Below, piece by piece: positions 36,991 to 50,570 of a DNA stretch of 64,000 nucleotides (position 1 is the stretch's first letter; each line of letters starts with the position of its first letter). A program made the position numbers and the translations under genes. The notes below the pieces were generated by a model. It had not been told where the DNA came from. It did not search any database and saw only the letters and a program-made list of their open reading frames with translations. This DNA is from Hydrolagus affinis (lineage: Eukaryota), in contig JAAILG010000403.1 in assembly GCA_012026655.1 (NCBI GenBank), forward strand, positions 1 to 64,000, given 5' to 3'.

Positions 36991-37329
36991 ACACCTTGAT
37001 GAATCATTCAAACAAAATCTCTTCTGACTGATCAATGAATATTAAGGATCCAATGATACTATTCTAGAAGAGATGAAGTTTCTCTTTGTATTCTGCAGAT
37101 CATTCACCTCATGACTGTTTTGGGGATCTTCCTGACGCAAATGGTTTCTGGTGCAAAATTAGTCACTAGACATCACAGCAATTCCTATAAAGCGCTTGAA
37201 AATATTTCAAACATGATAAAACATTATAAGTTCTTCTTTCACTCTATTTAGCAATACATAGCTTGGGCATTACTGAGCAATAAATATTTTAATGTTTCTT
37301 CTGATTGGGCACTACCTTAAATAAAACAG

Positions 37330-37395
37330 TAGTAGAAATTGGGGAAAATGAGCTGGAGAAAAGTTGTGTATCATCCAAGTGCAACTGTTGGTCTC
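37330..37395 (-). mobile_element. Small L2 RT fragment
   Basis: Minus translation LHLDDTQLFSSSFSP resembles the L2 YADDTQLY motif. Confidence 0.4.
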
Positions 37396-37411
37396 TACTG
37401 ATGTTATTACA

Positions 37412-37838
37412 GCAGCAGCCAGTCTGGCTCAGTTGATAACACATTGCCTGTGAGTCAGAAGGTTGTGGATTCAAGTTGGAAATTGGAGCTCATAATCTAG
37501 GCTGATATTTCAGTACAGTATTGGGGACTTGCAGGATTGTTTGCAATACCATCCTTTGGATGAGACATAAAACTGAAGTCTCAGCTGTTTGTTCAGCTGG
37601 ATAATAAAGATCTCATTGCACAATTTGAAAAGAGAAGGGTGTGGCAGTCAGTGCCTTGGCCAACAATTCCAGATATAACAAATCTTGGTCATCTACTTCA
37701 TGTTAGTTTGTGGGGTATTGCTATGTGAAAAATGGCTATTGTGTTCTGCTACAAATATCCTTCATGGTAAGACTGAATGAAGCACTTTGAGATGTTTTGA
37801 CATGATGAGGTGCTATATCAAATGCATGATTATTATTC
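37412..37838 (+). mobile_element. Full-length degenerate DeuSINE (SacSINE1-like)
   Basis: GGCTCAGTTG..GAGTCAGAAGGTTGTGGATTCAAG head; TTTGGATGAGACATAAAACTGA..AAAGATCTCATTGCAC Deu-type core; L2-type tail. Confidence 0.8.
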
Positions 37839-38569
37839 TCATTGCTAGTATTATTATTAAGACCTCTGACATCATCAGACCTGGTTCAAATTGAATTTGA
37901 GACTCATGATATACAAGTGCTTTCTCCTTCATCATGAGCCAGTATGATAACAGTTTTTGAACTCCAGTCAGTGAATCATGTAGAGTTAAACCAATTTATT
38001 TAAGACAAATGGTACGGATCTGAATTTGCAAAGATCGAAATTGGGCCATTAATCTGCACATTAAGTGTGCAGGCATTTGCTGAATTTAGCACTTTAGTGG
38101 AAATTAACATTATTATAAACCATTGGAAGCTTCAATAAAATATATATATTTTTAAAAGTCCATACTTAAATGCAACTGAAGTATATATTTAAGTGAAGTA
38201 TATATTTAAGGACTGCATAATTTAGGTTGGATTGAGTATTTAAAGCTGGTTGAAAAGACATTGGGATGAGTTAATGAGATATTTTACAGCCAGAGAGATG
38301 AACAGTGAGACAGAGCAAATCAGCCCACCTCAATGGTACACTTACTAAATGTTTTGGTTTATTTTGGTTCGTTCTTGTTTTTTTCAAAGAGATTAGCCTC
38401 ATTGGTTAGTGAGAAACAAAGAGTGAAAGAGAGGAAGAGAGCAAGAGATTCATACTTCAGTGTCATTCAATGACACCCAGGTCATCTTTATAGGTGAATC
38501 TATAGCTTAACAAGGAAGATTCCTAGAGTATATTGGTATCAGACAACTGCACATAACACCAGGGTTTGC

Positions 38570-38765
38570 AGTTTGGGGTTGAGGACCACAAAGCCAGCTG
38601 ATTTCCGCCTTCTGCCCTATATTCCAGTCAAAAAACAATTTTTATTGCACCCCACATCCTCAGTAACATCAGCTAACTCAGCAAAAAAAACTGGAATAAA
38701 ACCTGTATTTTTCTGATTTGCACAGTTTTTGCCACATCAGATAGTGCCTTTAACTACTGAGCCTA
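38570..38765 (-). mobile_element. Old tRNA-headed SINE of another family
   Basis: CAGCTAACTCAGCA..GGAATAAAACCTG..TGCCTTTAACTACTGAGCC reads as a reverse-complemented tRNA head; possibly related relics near 27570-27770 and 33400-33620. Confidence 0.4.
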
Positions 38766-41164
38766 ATGGATTGATTATTTATGTCGAAATTCCATCCAGT
38801 GTCCATAAAAGTGGAAAATCTTCCTTTTTCTTGTCTTGTCGTGTTTCTCCAGGGAGGTTAGGGTGAGAATTTAAGTATATTTACCATACACAAACTGCTG
38901 GGCCTTTATCCACTTCCTCCCCTAAGGAATTCCACATAATGACTGAGCTTCTGAATTTCTGATTTCTTCAATGTCACCCAGTGAGTATAATTCTCATACT
39001 GGACACATCAATGGCGTTTGACGCAGCATGTTTCAGAATCAGACATTGTGGACTCTGACTGTGTACTAGACAGTTGTCACATGCTTCAATTCAGATCACT
39101 TCGACATACATTGTTCAAGTTGATACTGCTAAGTTTGTAATACACTTGTCCAATCAGGAACTGCAAAGCATATTTACAGAAGACAGGCACTGTTCATACA
39201 GCTGCTGTGCTATCTGAGACACTGCATAGACGAATACAGGTTCTTCCACTGCCGTCTACATGCAGGTTGTCATGTTCTCAAATATCAGCCTCTTTTGCTG
39301 TAGGGAGCTGACGACTTACATTCAATCTATATTCACAGTAACTGAAATTGAGCCAAATAGCTGCATGTGTTACTAGTGTCAGATTACTAATGTTAACATT
39401 TCTGTGCTCAACTGCCAAGTGATGGGATATCAGTAAAAAACATCTACTTTCCTGCATCAAATTATCTGCAGATCGGATATTGCACAGGATAGATATAAGT
39501 AAAAGTGTTCCTGTATTGCTTTAACAATGTGTATTAAACTGCATCACACAAAGTAGTCAGAGTTAATGGTTCTAATTGTTGTTTCATATTTTAATCATAT
39601 TTAATCTCCATGTTGGTGGCCTGTTCCATGCGCCTTTGCCATATTTTTGTTGAATAAGAGCAGTTCCAGTGGACTTGAATAATACCAAGCCCACATCTTT
39701 GTCCTAGCAATACACTTTAGCGCCATATCTTTGGGTCCAATGAACCTCATCCATTTACTCAATATCACGCACCATTTGGCTGTCTCTGCTCCGTCTGATA
39801 ATCCTATTAAGGATATGAGCGCAGCAGAATGCATTCAGCTACATTCATAGCAGAAAGCAATGCAATTCCAAACCTGTGTTTATCAGCTCCTCCAGCAGTA
39901 GCAATATTTATGGTTTCCAAGCAGGCTGTCATATGTTATACTATGCTGCACTATTCCCCAGAAACATGAAGGAAGCTAAAACCCAATTATCACTCCAGTT
40001 CAAATCATGTGGTTTAACCATGGGAGGCTGCTTCATTGCCACAATTCACCCTAGCAGCACAAAAAAACACATGCACAAATTCTGCCTGTGCATATTACAT
40101 ATAAAGCTAGTTTCAGTGAATTTCAAAGAGATAAATTTGGGGTTTGTGAAAGGCATCTGATTTGGGGTTTGTGAAAGGCCAGCGTGTGTGCTGCCTCTGT
40201 ACACCACAAATGTAATAATGAGCTACCTTTATAATCAAGCTATGATGTTATATAATGTATCATATGCTTGTGATATGTTGCTCTACATGTTTGAAATTTC
40301 AGCTGTAATTCAGCCATTTTGCCACCAGATTCTGGAACTCTGGTTACCTGTCCCCTCCCAATCAACCCCTCAGCTCTCCCCACAGCTTGGGTGGCCATCC
40401 AGTACTGCGAAGCGCTTTGAGTCCTCTAGAAGTGAAAGGCACTATGGTACAATATATAAATTTCAATTGTACTGTAAATATTATAATCTATTTGGGGGAA
40501 TTGTGATCCTAGAAGTTGTTCCTTTGAATCAGACTCAAGTTCTAATGAATTATCTCCCCAAGGTTTTGCTAGTACAGGTAAACAATTAAGCGTTTCATGT
40601 TTCTAATTGCTTGTAATGGAAGATGCCTGACTACGGTTTCTTTTTCATAATTGATCTTGTGCCTCCGTTTCTGATTGAATACTGCAAGCTATCTGGAGAC
40701 AGTCAAGAGACAATTGAGAGTTGATACAATCCTCTTGTACTAAACACTTTGAATCTAGCAGGTATACAGTAAAGAATTGTTTTTCTTCAAAGCTCTGGCA
40801 TGTCAACCTAATCCTTCTTCTATGGAACGATTGGTAATAATAATAATAATTAATCCTTGCATTTGATCAAGTGCGTTATCACATTGTTGAATTTTCTTAA
40901 AGCACTTCACAGGATAGAATGGTACAGTGATTACCAATCTCTTTGACCATGTGCATGACATTGCAAGAGCAGCTTTCAACTAGCAATTTGTACACTGAGG
41001 GAATGTCCCCAAACTGTAAATAGTCGTGCTTTGAAGCTTTGTAACAAGTGCTTGTGTCACGTTGTGGATTCCATCCCAAGATAGAAGGTGGGCTAACGCA
41101 TTGCACTGGCAACCTCGGCCTTTGCATTAAACCCCACAATATAAATAGTAGCATTTCATCTCAT

Positions 41165-41335
41165 GCCAGAAAAGCCTTTGGTCGGGTGATGTGGAAAGTG
41201 GAAATCTTCACACCAGTGCAATATGAGCTATTTCTCTGAGGTTGCTCTTAAGATGTATTGTTGGGGCCAGTGTGGAAGGAGCTACTCTGTTAACACAGTT
41301 ATGCTATGCCTGACCCAGTATGCTTCATACTAGCC
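41165..41335 (+). mobile_element. Ancient SINE fragment, AmnSINE2/LF-SINE-like
   Basis: ATTGTTGGGGCCAGTGTGGAAGGAGCTACTCTG..TGCTATGCCTGACCC..TGCTT. Confidence 0.55.
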
Positions 41336-41589
41336 CTAAGGATAATATTATTTTACACTCTCTGCACACACATTCCTTAGCTTGATGTACACTGCATTGT
41401 CCAACAAATGGAAAACATTTTTCACTAGCAATTCCAGTTCTACAAAAGTTCTGCAATTCCAGTACTGTGCATTTAAACAGAAAAGAAGAGGGAGAAAAAT
41501 GTGCCTGTGCTGGTGCATAGCATGTGTTTGGGTTTAGTGGTTGAATAAGCGTGTCAATCGGGTATTGTGCAAGTAGAATCACTTCTGAT

Positions 41590-42240
41590 GCCGTGTGAAG
41601 AAGTCCTAAACTTCTTTATTTCTAAGATAGATAACATTCACCTGGCTGCCTCCTCATTCTCTGGCCTCATGCCTCTTTCATCACCCTCTCTTCCTACCAT
41701 AGCCCCTAACCTATACTCCCCCTTAGTTCCATTGCTCTCTCCTCCCTTTGCTCCAACATTACTCAGATGAAGCCCACCACCTGCTGCCTGGATCCACCCA
41801 GCTTCTGGTCACTTCCCCTGCTCTGCCCACTGTTGGCTGATATACTCAACCAGTCACTCAACCAGTCTCTCTCCTCAGGCTCCGTCCTACTCCCTCTCAA
41901 AGCTGCTATCATTACTCCTCTTCTAGCTTTGATCCCTCCAACTGCACAAATGTCAGACCCATCTCAAATCTGTCCTTCCTGGCCAAAGGTCTGAGATGTG
42001 TCTTTGGAAATCAACTTCACTCATACCCCTTTCTCCATTCCCCACTCGAATCCTACACCTTGCCCAAAGTACAGTGACAGTACACATACAGTGCTATTAA
42101 AAGCAACAAATGAGATCCTATCTCTCTGTGGCCAGGGCTCCCTCTACCTTCTCATTCTCCTGGGCCTCTCCGCTACATTCAACACTGTCAATCACGCCTT
42201 CCTCTACTGCTTTTCCTCCCTCATGCACCTTAGTGGGAAC
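41590..42240 (+). mobile_element. L2 LINE ORF2 fragment (N-terminal part of RT), frameshifted
   Basis: Motifs NFFISKIDNI, KPTTCCLDP, LKAAIITPLL, RPISNLSFLAK, STHTVLLKATNEIL and LLILLGLSATFNTVNH. Confidence 0.88.
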
Positions 42241-44849
42241 TGCCAGAATACATATTTCCTGATTTGTATGTTTGATGCTATCTCAGGGTTGATGAAGGTA
42301 AAATGGTCCATTTTATATACTGACATCCCTTATATTGACAACTCAAATATTCACCTAACAATATAAAATAAAAACAAATGAACAAACAGTTCATACTGAG
42401 TCACTGTAATGGCATTAGTGAATAATCCACAAAGTCTATTAATGGAATAATAGGGTTTAAGAAGATTAAAGTGTTCAGATATGCATTGCTCAACTTTGTT
42501 TCCATGACATCTGCTAGATCAGTCATTATAGCATTAGTAATACAGTACTTGTTTTATTAGATTCTGTCTCAATGGCGACCACAGCTAAACTGTAATGCTT
42601 ATTCAATAATTACCTATTGACTGTAAGTGGTGATCTTCTTGATATTAAGCACTGTGACACGGTAGCACCAGGGCTAACAAAGTTATTATCCATTAATAAC
42701 TTTGTTTTTATAATCAGATGACTTATATCCCATTCTCATGCTGTGCTAATAAATTGCTAATAATAGCCTGCTACATCCAGATTGTTTCCAAGTCCCAATA
42801 GTGGCCATTGCAAACAGTGATGCTGGTTTTATACTCAACAGGGAATATGTTTCTCTTCTCACTGTTTGCACCAATGTACAGTTGAGAAAACAAATACTGA
42901 GCTCAAATGAAGCCCTACCCACCAGCTTCTAATTACCAGTTGCAGAAGAATGAGAAATGCTAAAAAGACTTGAACAGATTTGATATTGAATGTCATTTGT
43001 ACATAAGGGTTGCAACATAATATGTTTAAATGTGATGCACATTTTTATATTGTATTGGACAAACGAATAAATAAATGAAGTTCCTCATTTTACTTATCCA
43101 GAAGATAGTTCCCCTTTAATCTGCCAGTCAGTATAAACCAGGGCATCCGTGTCATGTGGTCTAATTAAATAGCTAAGTGACAAGCAGTGCTGGAATTTAA
43201 ATTCATGACCTTCTTGTTGGAAGTTGAGTTACTGAAGAATCCTACAGGACCACAGGAAGGCAACACAGTGTTGAAAGACATAATTATCGGTAATCTATAT
43301 TCCATATTTATCTGAAATTCATTCATTTATTGTGGATTTATGGAACTATAACCAGTTTATGGTCGGAATCAAAAAGTGGAAAATGGTGTATGGATGAAAT
43401 ATGTATAAATGGGATGAAACTCAATGAGCTTTGAAATTTGGATCTTAAAATGCACTCTCTCTCGTGGCACATGTAATAAAGTAAATTAGAGCTCTATTGC
43501 ATTGCTGACTGCATTCATTCAAATTGAATTTGAATTCACCTTAACTCAACATTCTCATCTTAAAGGTTAATGTCCCTATATTAATTCACTCAGATTAAAC
43601 CAAACTGAGGCTCCATTTCTCTAGCATATCTCATGCTGTTCTTCAGTTTGAAGTATAAGAAAATCTTGAGTGAGAAAAGGCCTATTGATACATCCCGATG
43701 CACCAAACAAAGCACATACACTCATACACACTATTTATTTATTCTAGAACTCTCGTTCTGTCTATCTCTCTCAGGGGAAAGTTACGAAGAGATACACCCT
43801 GGCAAATGAGCAAACATTCCATAATTTGGCATCCATCTTCACCATTCAGCCCTGGCCAGACAGCTCTCCTGATCTGCTGTGAAGCGTCTCTTATGCATAA
43901 ATATCCCTTTGATGTAAGAGTTCCCAAAGCTTACAGTATTCCAAATGTACCCTGCCAGTGAGCAATTACAAGGTCAGAATTTGGCATCTGTTCCAGTCCT
44001 GAAGATGTAACCCAGGATTAGATTATTTTAGTTGATAGCAGTTTCATATTGTCTGGAAATCTTTAGTGGACGATGAACATTAACAGTGAAATCATTTCCC
44101 TTTATCAATGATTACTTCATTTTGTATAATATGTTTGTGTTGGGATCCAACATGAAATATCTTGCACTTAACTGCATTAAAATACATCTACAGAAAAGTG
44201 CCTAATTTACAATGCTATTTACACTAATTTACCATCCTGCATATTTTGGTTATCAACAAATTGTAGAACACGAGATGCCTCCTTCTCTTCCAAGTTATTT
44301 ATTAAATCCATATTAACAGCAGGGAACTTCAAATGAATTTGTGGAACCTCTGCTTTCAGTACAACTGAATTAGTGCTCGCTCTTGCCTTTCTCATAAACA
44401 ACTCCTATTTGCCCATTGAGGGTTTTTAAAACAAATTTCAACTGATGTGATAACCTTCAAAGCAAGATGTCACCCAACATGGCCATCCATGTTTTACCTA
44501 GTTAAATTGCCATAAATATTGCTGGGGATTCCTAACCTCCTCCTTAAACTCAAGTCTCCAAAGTACCAGAAAGTAATAAACCCTTTTAAATAAAGGAAAA
44601 TGTTGAATGATGAAAAGCTCAATTTTTAAAAAATCATATAATTTTCACGTTTACATAAAAATTGACTTCACAGGCTACTCGTATTGAGAGATGTTGGTTT
44701 ATTCATTCCAGCAGCTGACTTGTAAACATTCCAAAGCTTTTCAATAGCATTTTGGAAAAGATTCTGACAGCTGATGCTTATGAAAGATAAGCCAATATTC
44801 CCTTCACTTCTGGGTTATGACAATATTTTGCTGATTCAGAAATATGTGG

Positions 44850-45105
44850 AGTCCTGTGGCTTAGTGGTTAGAGCACAAGTTTCCTTCTCCACATGCTTCT
44901 GTTTACCTAGCAATAAGTAGGAAACCAATTGTCAGTCGATTGGCAGCTCGCTTTTCCGAGGTAATAATTAATTTTTAAAAAAATTGGCCACTTAATCCCA
45001 CACCAATTGGTTGCTATGTTTTGCCCACAAAATATACAGTCAATTCACTTAATGTCTTGAAGATGTGATAAGGTGCTGTATTAAATGCAAGAATTATTAT
45101 TATTA
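44850..45105 (+). mobile_element. tRNA-SINE, long-centre variant with internal deletions
   Basis: GTCCTGTGGCTTAGTGGTTAGAGCA..CTCCACATGCTTCTGTTTACCTAGCAATAAGTAGGAAACC..GTCGATTGGCAG; (TTA)n tail. Confidence 0.8.
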
Positions 45106-45782
45106 ACTTGTGAAGGATGGAAGAGTGGCACAACGTGGTGACAATAGGAAGAAACATTTCACATCCAGAATTTGTGATGCTACATGGTTGCTGACCACGA
45201 CACACGACAATATTGAGTAAATTGCACACAATTGTTTGGAAAGACTGCAACCGTTGTAGTAATAGCCTTTACAAGAATCATATCCATTTTAAGGTAACTA
45301 CTCTGTCATAAGGAGGGTTGGAAATGGCCAAAATAATTACACCACTTGCATTTGCGGCGTTGAAAGAATCCAATGTAGGATGTATTGGGCGTTTCAATGG
45401 AAAAATTTGGTGGAGTTTGACAGTCATAATAATAAATAATAATAATTATTACATTTGGTATGGAACCTTTGAAGTCTGGAGGAGTTTCCAAATTGCTTCA
45501 AAGGATATATTGTAACGTTCAGTGGTTTTGTGCACATCAGTACAGTACTGTACTGTACAGTCGTTGTTACAGCTTGGTTTGTGTAAGAATGTATCTGTGT
45601 GATGTCATTAAAAGTGGGAAACCCTGCTAGCTCACTGAAATAAAAATAAGTTTGCCTGTAAGTCCCCAGAACTCTCATTGCAACCCACAACAAGTTAGCC
45701 TGTAGGTATGTATGTCTGAAATATGTCAGTAGGTATGTCTGAAATAAATATATATATATTTAAACTGTGTTCATTAGGTTGA

Positions 45783-45989
45783 NNNNNNNNNNNNNNNNNN
45801 NNNNNNNNNNNNNNNNNNNNNNNNNNNNNNNNNNNNNNNNNNNNNNNNNNNNNNNNNNNNNNNNNNNNNNNNNNNNNNNNNNNNNNNNNNNNNNNNNNNN
45901 NNNNNNNNNNNNNNNNNNNNNNNNNNNNNNNNNNNNNNNNNNNNNNNNNNNNNNNNNNNNNNNNNNNNNNNNNNNNNNNNNNNNNNNNN
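45783..45989. other. Assembly gap (N run)
   Basis: Run of N. Confidence 1.
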
Positions 45990-46542
45990 GAACCTTTATC
46001 AGAACCGAGTCTCTCCCGATTTAGGCATCTGATTAAAAATTCAAATCAGTGTATCCAATCACAGAATCACAACCAAGGATAAAATGTGCAATCAATCAGT
46101 AACTTTAAATCTTTTTTTTAAATCTGAATTTGAGCTTTGGAAATTCCAGGTTAAAATGGCGCAATGAATAACAAAAGACTCCTCCATCATTTCAGAATTG
46201 TAACTTTTCGTCTAAAAGCTTTTTTTTTCTTAAAAGAATAGCAGTTTGACATGTGTCAAAAATCCTGGGCGATGTAAGTTGTTGCGGAGGAGGTATTGTT
46301 TTTCCACGGATAAGCAATTATTCCAGTGTGTGTGCAGCAAGTGAATTGTGCTGCAGCCACTCGTGTTTGACTTGCTTTTCATTTCCAGCTTGGCCAGCAC
46401 TCTGCCCACAAAGTATGAGTTTATTGAATTCTGATGAAGCACAGCCTAGTTTTTGGCAAGATACGGATAATTAAAATAATCTGCGTAGGTGTGCTTTCAG
46501 CCAATGTGTTTTGAATTGCTGATGTGTTTGTGTTCCACTAAA

Positions 46543-46660
46543 GTAGGATGGCTCAGTGTGTTTCAATTTATTCTTCAGCTCTAGGAACTGGGTTTGATTT
46601 GCAGCCTAAATCCAACTGGTATTTGGAGATGATTGGTACCAGTGCAGCAAACTCTCCCTC
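46543..46660 (+). mobile_element. LF-SINE/AmnSINE2-like tRNA head relic
   Basis: GGATGGCTCAGTG..TTCAGCTCTAGGAACTGGGTTTGATTTGCAGCC resembles the LF-SINE 5' region as I recall it. Confidence 0.4.
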
Positions 46661-47233
46661 CAAGGCAACTGGCGTGTCCGGCTGGAACAACAAGGTAAGT
46701 TTTCTCCTTCATATATGTCAGTACATTATCAGTGGACCCACTGCAAATACATGTACCGGTTTCATTTTAAGCTCTACTAGAAATAACAATATTTTGAAAA
46801 TATGTACTCAAGGAGTCTTTCTGAAATAACTGAAACACATAATAATAATAATAATAATAACCCTTTCATTTGGTATAGCACCTGTATGCTGCGAGAGAAA
46901 ATATCACTGACAAATCACTAAAATACTATAAAGCCATATAAAAGAGAAATGTAAAATCTCCTATTGGCAATGGAGATATGGAGCAAATAGATAGAGATAC
47001 TGGAGGCAACAGCAAGTTATTGAGGAGGGCCAATCAAACATCATGAGTCTGGGGCCAGTTTTAAGTCTCTTCATAGGCAGGGTCTTCGGTTGAGCAGACC
47101 AGAAGGACACCCTATATGCTGCCCCTGCAATTCTCCTGTGCCTTTAATCATGTAGCCTTGTCTTGCCTTTCGCAATTCATTATTTGCTGCCTTTTAGCAT
47201 GGAGGGTTGGAAAGCTAGCCAGGTGATAGTGTA

Positions 47234-47609
47234 CCATATATCTCCGCGTATAAGGCGCACTCGCGTATAAGGAGCACCCCCTACTTTTGACCTTTTCTTG
47301 GTGAAAAAAAACGGAAGCATTTTCGATGATATTGCAGACTGGGTTTGGCAGAAGGCAGGCAGCAAGCACAGCACTGAAGTCCGCTGCTGCTGCCGCTGCC
47401 CGGGTGGTCGAGGCCGAAGCCCCGTCACCCGCTCCTCCCAACCCCCGCCGGACACTGACCAAGCCCCGGCTGACAGCGCGCCGGCCGTCCCTCCTGTTTA
47501 CTGTATTTCCGAGGCTCAAAATTTCTTGTACCTGCGTATAGGGCGCACCCCCAACTTTCGAGATCTTCCGACATGCAAAAAAGTGCGCCTTATACGCGGA
47601 GATATACGG
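47234..47609. mobile_element. Non-autonomous Tc1/mariner-superfamily MITE (Tc2/pogo-type TIRs), 376 bp
   Basis: TA TSDs at 47232-47233 and 47610-47611; 28-bp TIRs CC(A/G)TATATCTCCGCGTATAAGGCGCACT with one mismatch; internal GCGTATA.GG.GCACCCC repeats; no transposase. Confidence 0.92.
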
Positions 47610-49249
47610 TACTCTATTTGCACCATTCCCACTAACCTTGTGTTTGGGTTTTTTTTTACCTTCAACTCTCCCCAGCCCCCTCAATCTGTTTCCTCTTCCT
47701 CTCCATCTAATATCTCCCTCCTGGTAATCTAGCCTTGGATTTCCCTACAACAGAATTATGCATGTTTAATTGTCAATCACTTTCTATCCTGGGTGTGAGT
47801 CACAGGTATATTTGGAATGTCGGATGGCAAGGTAACAAGAAAGCACTGTTCTTATGTGGCAAGGTAAAAAAAAATACCCTACTCCACAGCATTTCTTTGT
47901 TTTACGTGTATTGAATAAAATTGTGTAATTTAAGTGCTGATAATGAGGACTGCCCCATGCAGAGCAAGGTGCTGCATTAAACTGAATGAACTTCACATCT
48001 TTATCTCTGATTACTTCCCTCTCTCAGGAGGTTTGAAAGTCAATGATGATGTAAATAATGCGGTCTGTTGGAAGGAGTGGACTTTTCTTAGTTTGTGCTT
48101 TCTTAAATCCTTATATTGACTTTTAATTTTCAGTTTAAAGAACAAGGGTATTAACAGTGTTTACAATGGTGTCAGGTAACACTCCTGCCAAGGGAAAAAT
48201 TAGAATGTTTTTCTCATGGGAGGATTGCTTTACCTAGTTTTTATCCTTTACCTTTCCAGTTTCAAAGCTGGCCAGAAGATTCAAAACAAATGCAACTTCC
48301 ATAGTTGTATAAATTGGAGCTGCTGGTTGAAGTTGTGAATTATAATTATATTAATTTTGCACATTATTTCAAACATTTTGCAGGAACATTTGATATTTTC
48401 CACACAAGGATTTTTTTTATTTCTTTATAAGTTTCTTATTCTGTGTCCACTTTTAATTCCTCCTCCTGCTCCTCTTAGGGGTACATTTATGTCTTATCTG
48501 CTGAGCAGCTACACATTTTTATCTACGAACGTCGATTTATCACTTCAATAACCACAAACTGCTTGAAACCATTGATTTATTCCTTGGTTGAAGTTGTGGT
48601 GGACTTAACATTCTGGCAAAGGTAAAGTAAATGTTCAGGCAAATTATTTTATACTCAGTTGTAGAAAAAAATAACTTGCATTGATATAGCACTCTTCAAG
48701 TAGAAGGGGTATAATTCCATACATTCACCGCTTTGCTTAGTCCATTTCATCAAACAACTAAGCATTCAAAACATTGCTTGTCTCAAAGTAAACCATTCTA
48801 TACTTTATTGCTGTCATCTTGTGTAGAGCTATGAAATTAATGCCTCACCCCTTATTTTCAACATTTTCTGAATGAATGCTTCCAACTTCTAATCTGCTGG
48901 ATTCTTTTCAAATCCATCCAGGAATCATCACAGGGCATCACATACCACATTTGTCAGCCATTCTGGCAGAATAATAAGTTGTTACCTCAACTACTTCCCC
49001 CCACCACCACACACACACCTTTATTTTACAGAGCTTCTGTGACTCCTTTGTAACTGTGATAGGCTGAACATACCTCTTGTATCAGATATTGGCTACTTTT
49101 ACAATGTTAGGAACTCTTTGGAAGGTGAATTTCATGTCTTTGGGCAATTTAATTATCTACAATGTTTTTGATGAAGTAATATTGGATTAATCGACTATTC
49201 TCTGATGGAGTATACATTTTGAATGCAATGAATTTCCCATCTTTCCATT

Positions 49250-50570
49250 CTTGTCGTACGATTTAACAGTGATGGAGCCTGACTCCAAGCTGGGGGGAGG
49301 GGGATTGGGGCTTAGTGGCCATAAGCACGGCCAAAGTGGAAAGTTTTCAGGTGGGACTTGAAAGAGGGGAGAGGAAGGGCAAGGCGTAGTGATTGAAGGT
49401 GAGTGACCCAGAGTTTGGGGCATAGTGGCTGAAAGTGCGACCTCTGATGGTGAGGCGGAGGGTATGAGGGACGAGCAAGAGGCCTGTGCCAGTCGAGCGG
49501 AGGCTTCGGGTGGTGGTTTGGGGAGCGAGGAGGTCAGAGAGGTAAGGAGGTGCCAGGGAGTGAGTGTATTTGAGCACGAGTGTGAGGATCTTGAAGTCAA
49601 TCCATTCAGTGATGGGGAGCCGTGGAGTCTGCCCAGAACTGGTGTGATGTGGGCATGGAGATTGGTCCGGGTCAGTATGCGGGCCTCAGAGTTCTGAATC
49701 AGCTGGATCTTTTGGATGGTGGAGCTGGGGAGACCAGTGAGGAGTACATTGGCATAATCCAAGCAGGAGATGACAGATGCATGAACGAGGGTTTCAGCCG
49801 CATTCAGGGTAAGGTACGGTCAGAGGCAGGCAATGTGGTTGAAGTGAAAGAAAGCGGTGCTGGTCAGAGACCTGATGTGGGTGAGGAAGCACAGCAGGGG
49901 GTCAAACCAGACGTCTAGGTTGGGCACTGATTCAGTGAGTCTGAGGGAGAGCTCAGGGAGATTGAGGAGTTTGGAACCACAAGAGTGAAGGCATTGACCG
50001 GAGCCAAGGAATATGGCTTCCAGCTTGTCCATGTTCAGCTGCAGGAAGTTTACACTCATGCAGGCCCTAATGTCTGCCAGACAAGCTGATAGAACATCAC
50101 CGGAGTTGCAGCTGGAGGAGACAAAGTAGATTTGTGAGTCATTGACATAAATGTGGAAGTTTACCCTGTGTCTGCGGATGACATTGCCTAGAGAGAGCAT
50201 ATCTATATATATAAAAGCCTTAGGTATGTTTCCGCAATTGTAACAATGAACTTCTAAAAAGAAAACAAAAACCAATACAGCTTAAAAAAAACAAAGAAAA
50301 ACAACCCAGTGATTAAAGCTCACTCTTTTTTTTGTAAACAACAAATACATTATTTTTAAAAAGTTTCAAAATATATGAATAAACATGTACAAAAACACTA
50401 GGCCGTGTATGTTACGTGGGGGTATAGCAAGTAGATAAGGAAAAGAAGAGGGTAAAGCATGAAACCCTGGGGTACCCACCAGGCGGGGGCAGGAGGAGAA
50501 ACTATTTGCTGAGATAAAATGGAGGCGGTTGGTTAAGTATGACTTGAATCATGTGAGTGCGGATCCAGAA
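49250..50570 (-). mobile_element. L2 LINE ORF2 RT-to-3'-end fragment, interrupted by an AT-rich stretch at about 50215-50440
   Basis: FKSYLTNR, LGNVIRRHRVNFHIYVNDSQIY (YADD-like), NFLQLNMDKLE, DYANVLLTGLPSSTIQKIQLIQNSEARILT..HITPVL and LAPPYLSDLL. Confidence 0.92.

Noticed and set aside
40134-40179. Short tandem duplications (25 bp here, 17 bp near 38177, 14 bp near 30502)
   Set aside because: Ordinary replication-slippage duplications
45538-45555. Short palindromes (CAGTACAGTACTGTACTG; also near 38460, 57600 and 61891)
   Set aside because: Short, low-complexity or expected by chance, with no supporting context
47148-47732. Long overlapping ORFs (178, 144 and 91 aa)
   Set aside because: By-product of the GC-rich MITE; no transposase or other recognisable motif
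49187-50275. 191-aa and 151-aa ORFs as host genes
   Set aside because: Frameshifted L2 ORF2 remnants with a degenerate catalytic motif
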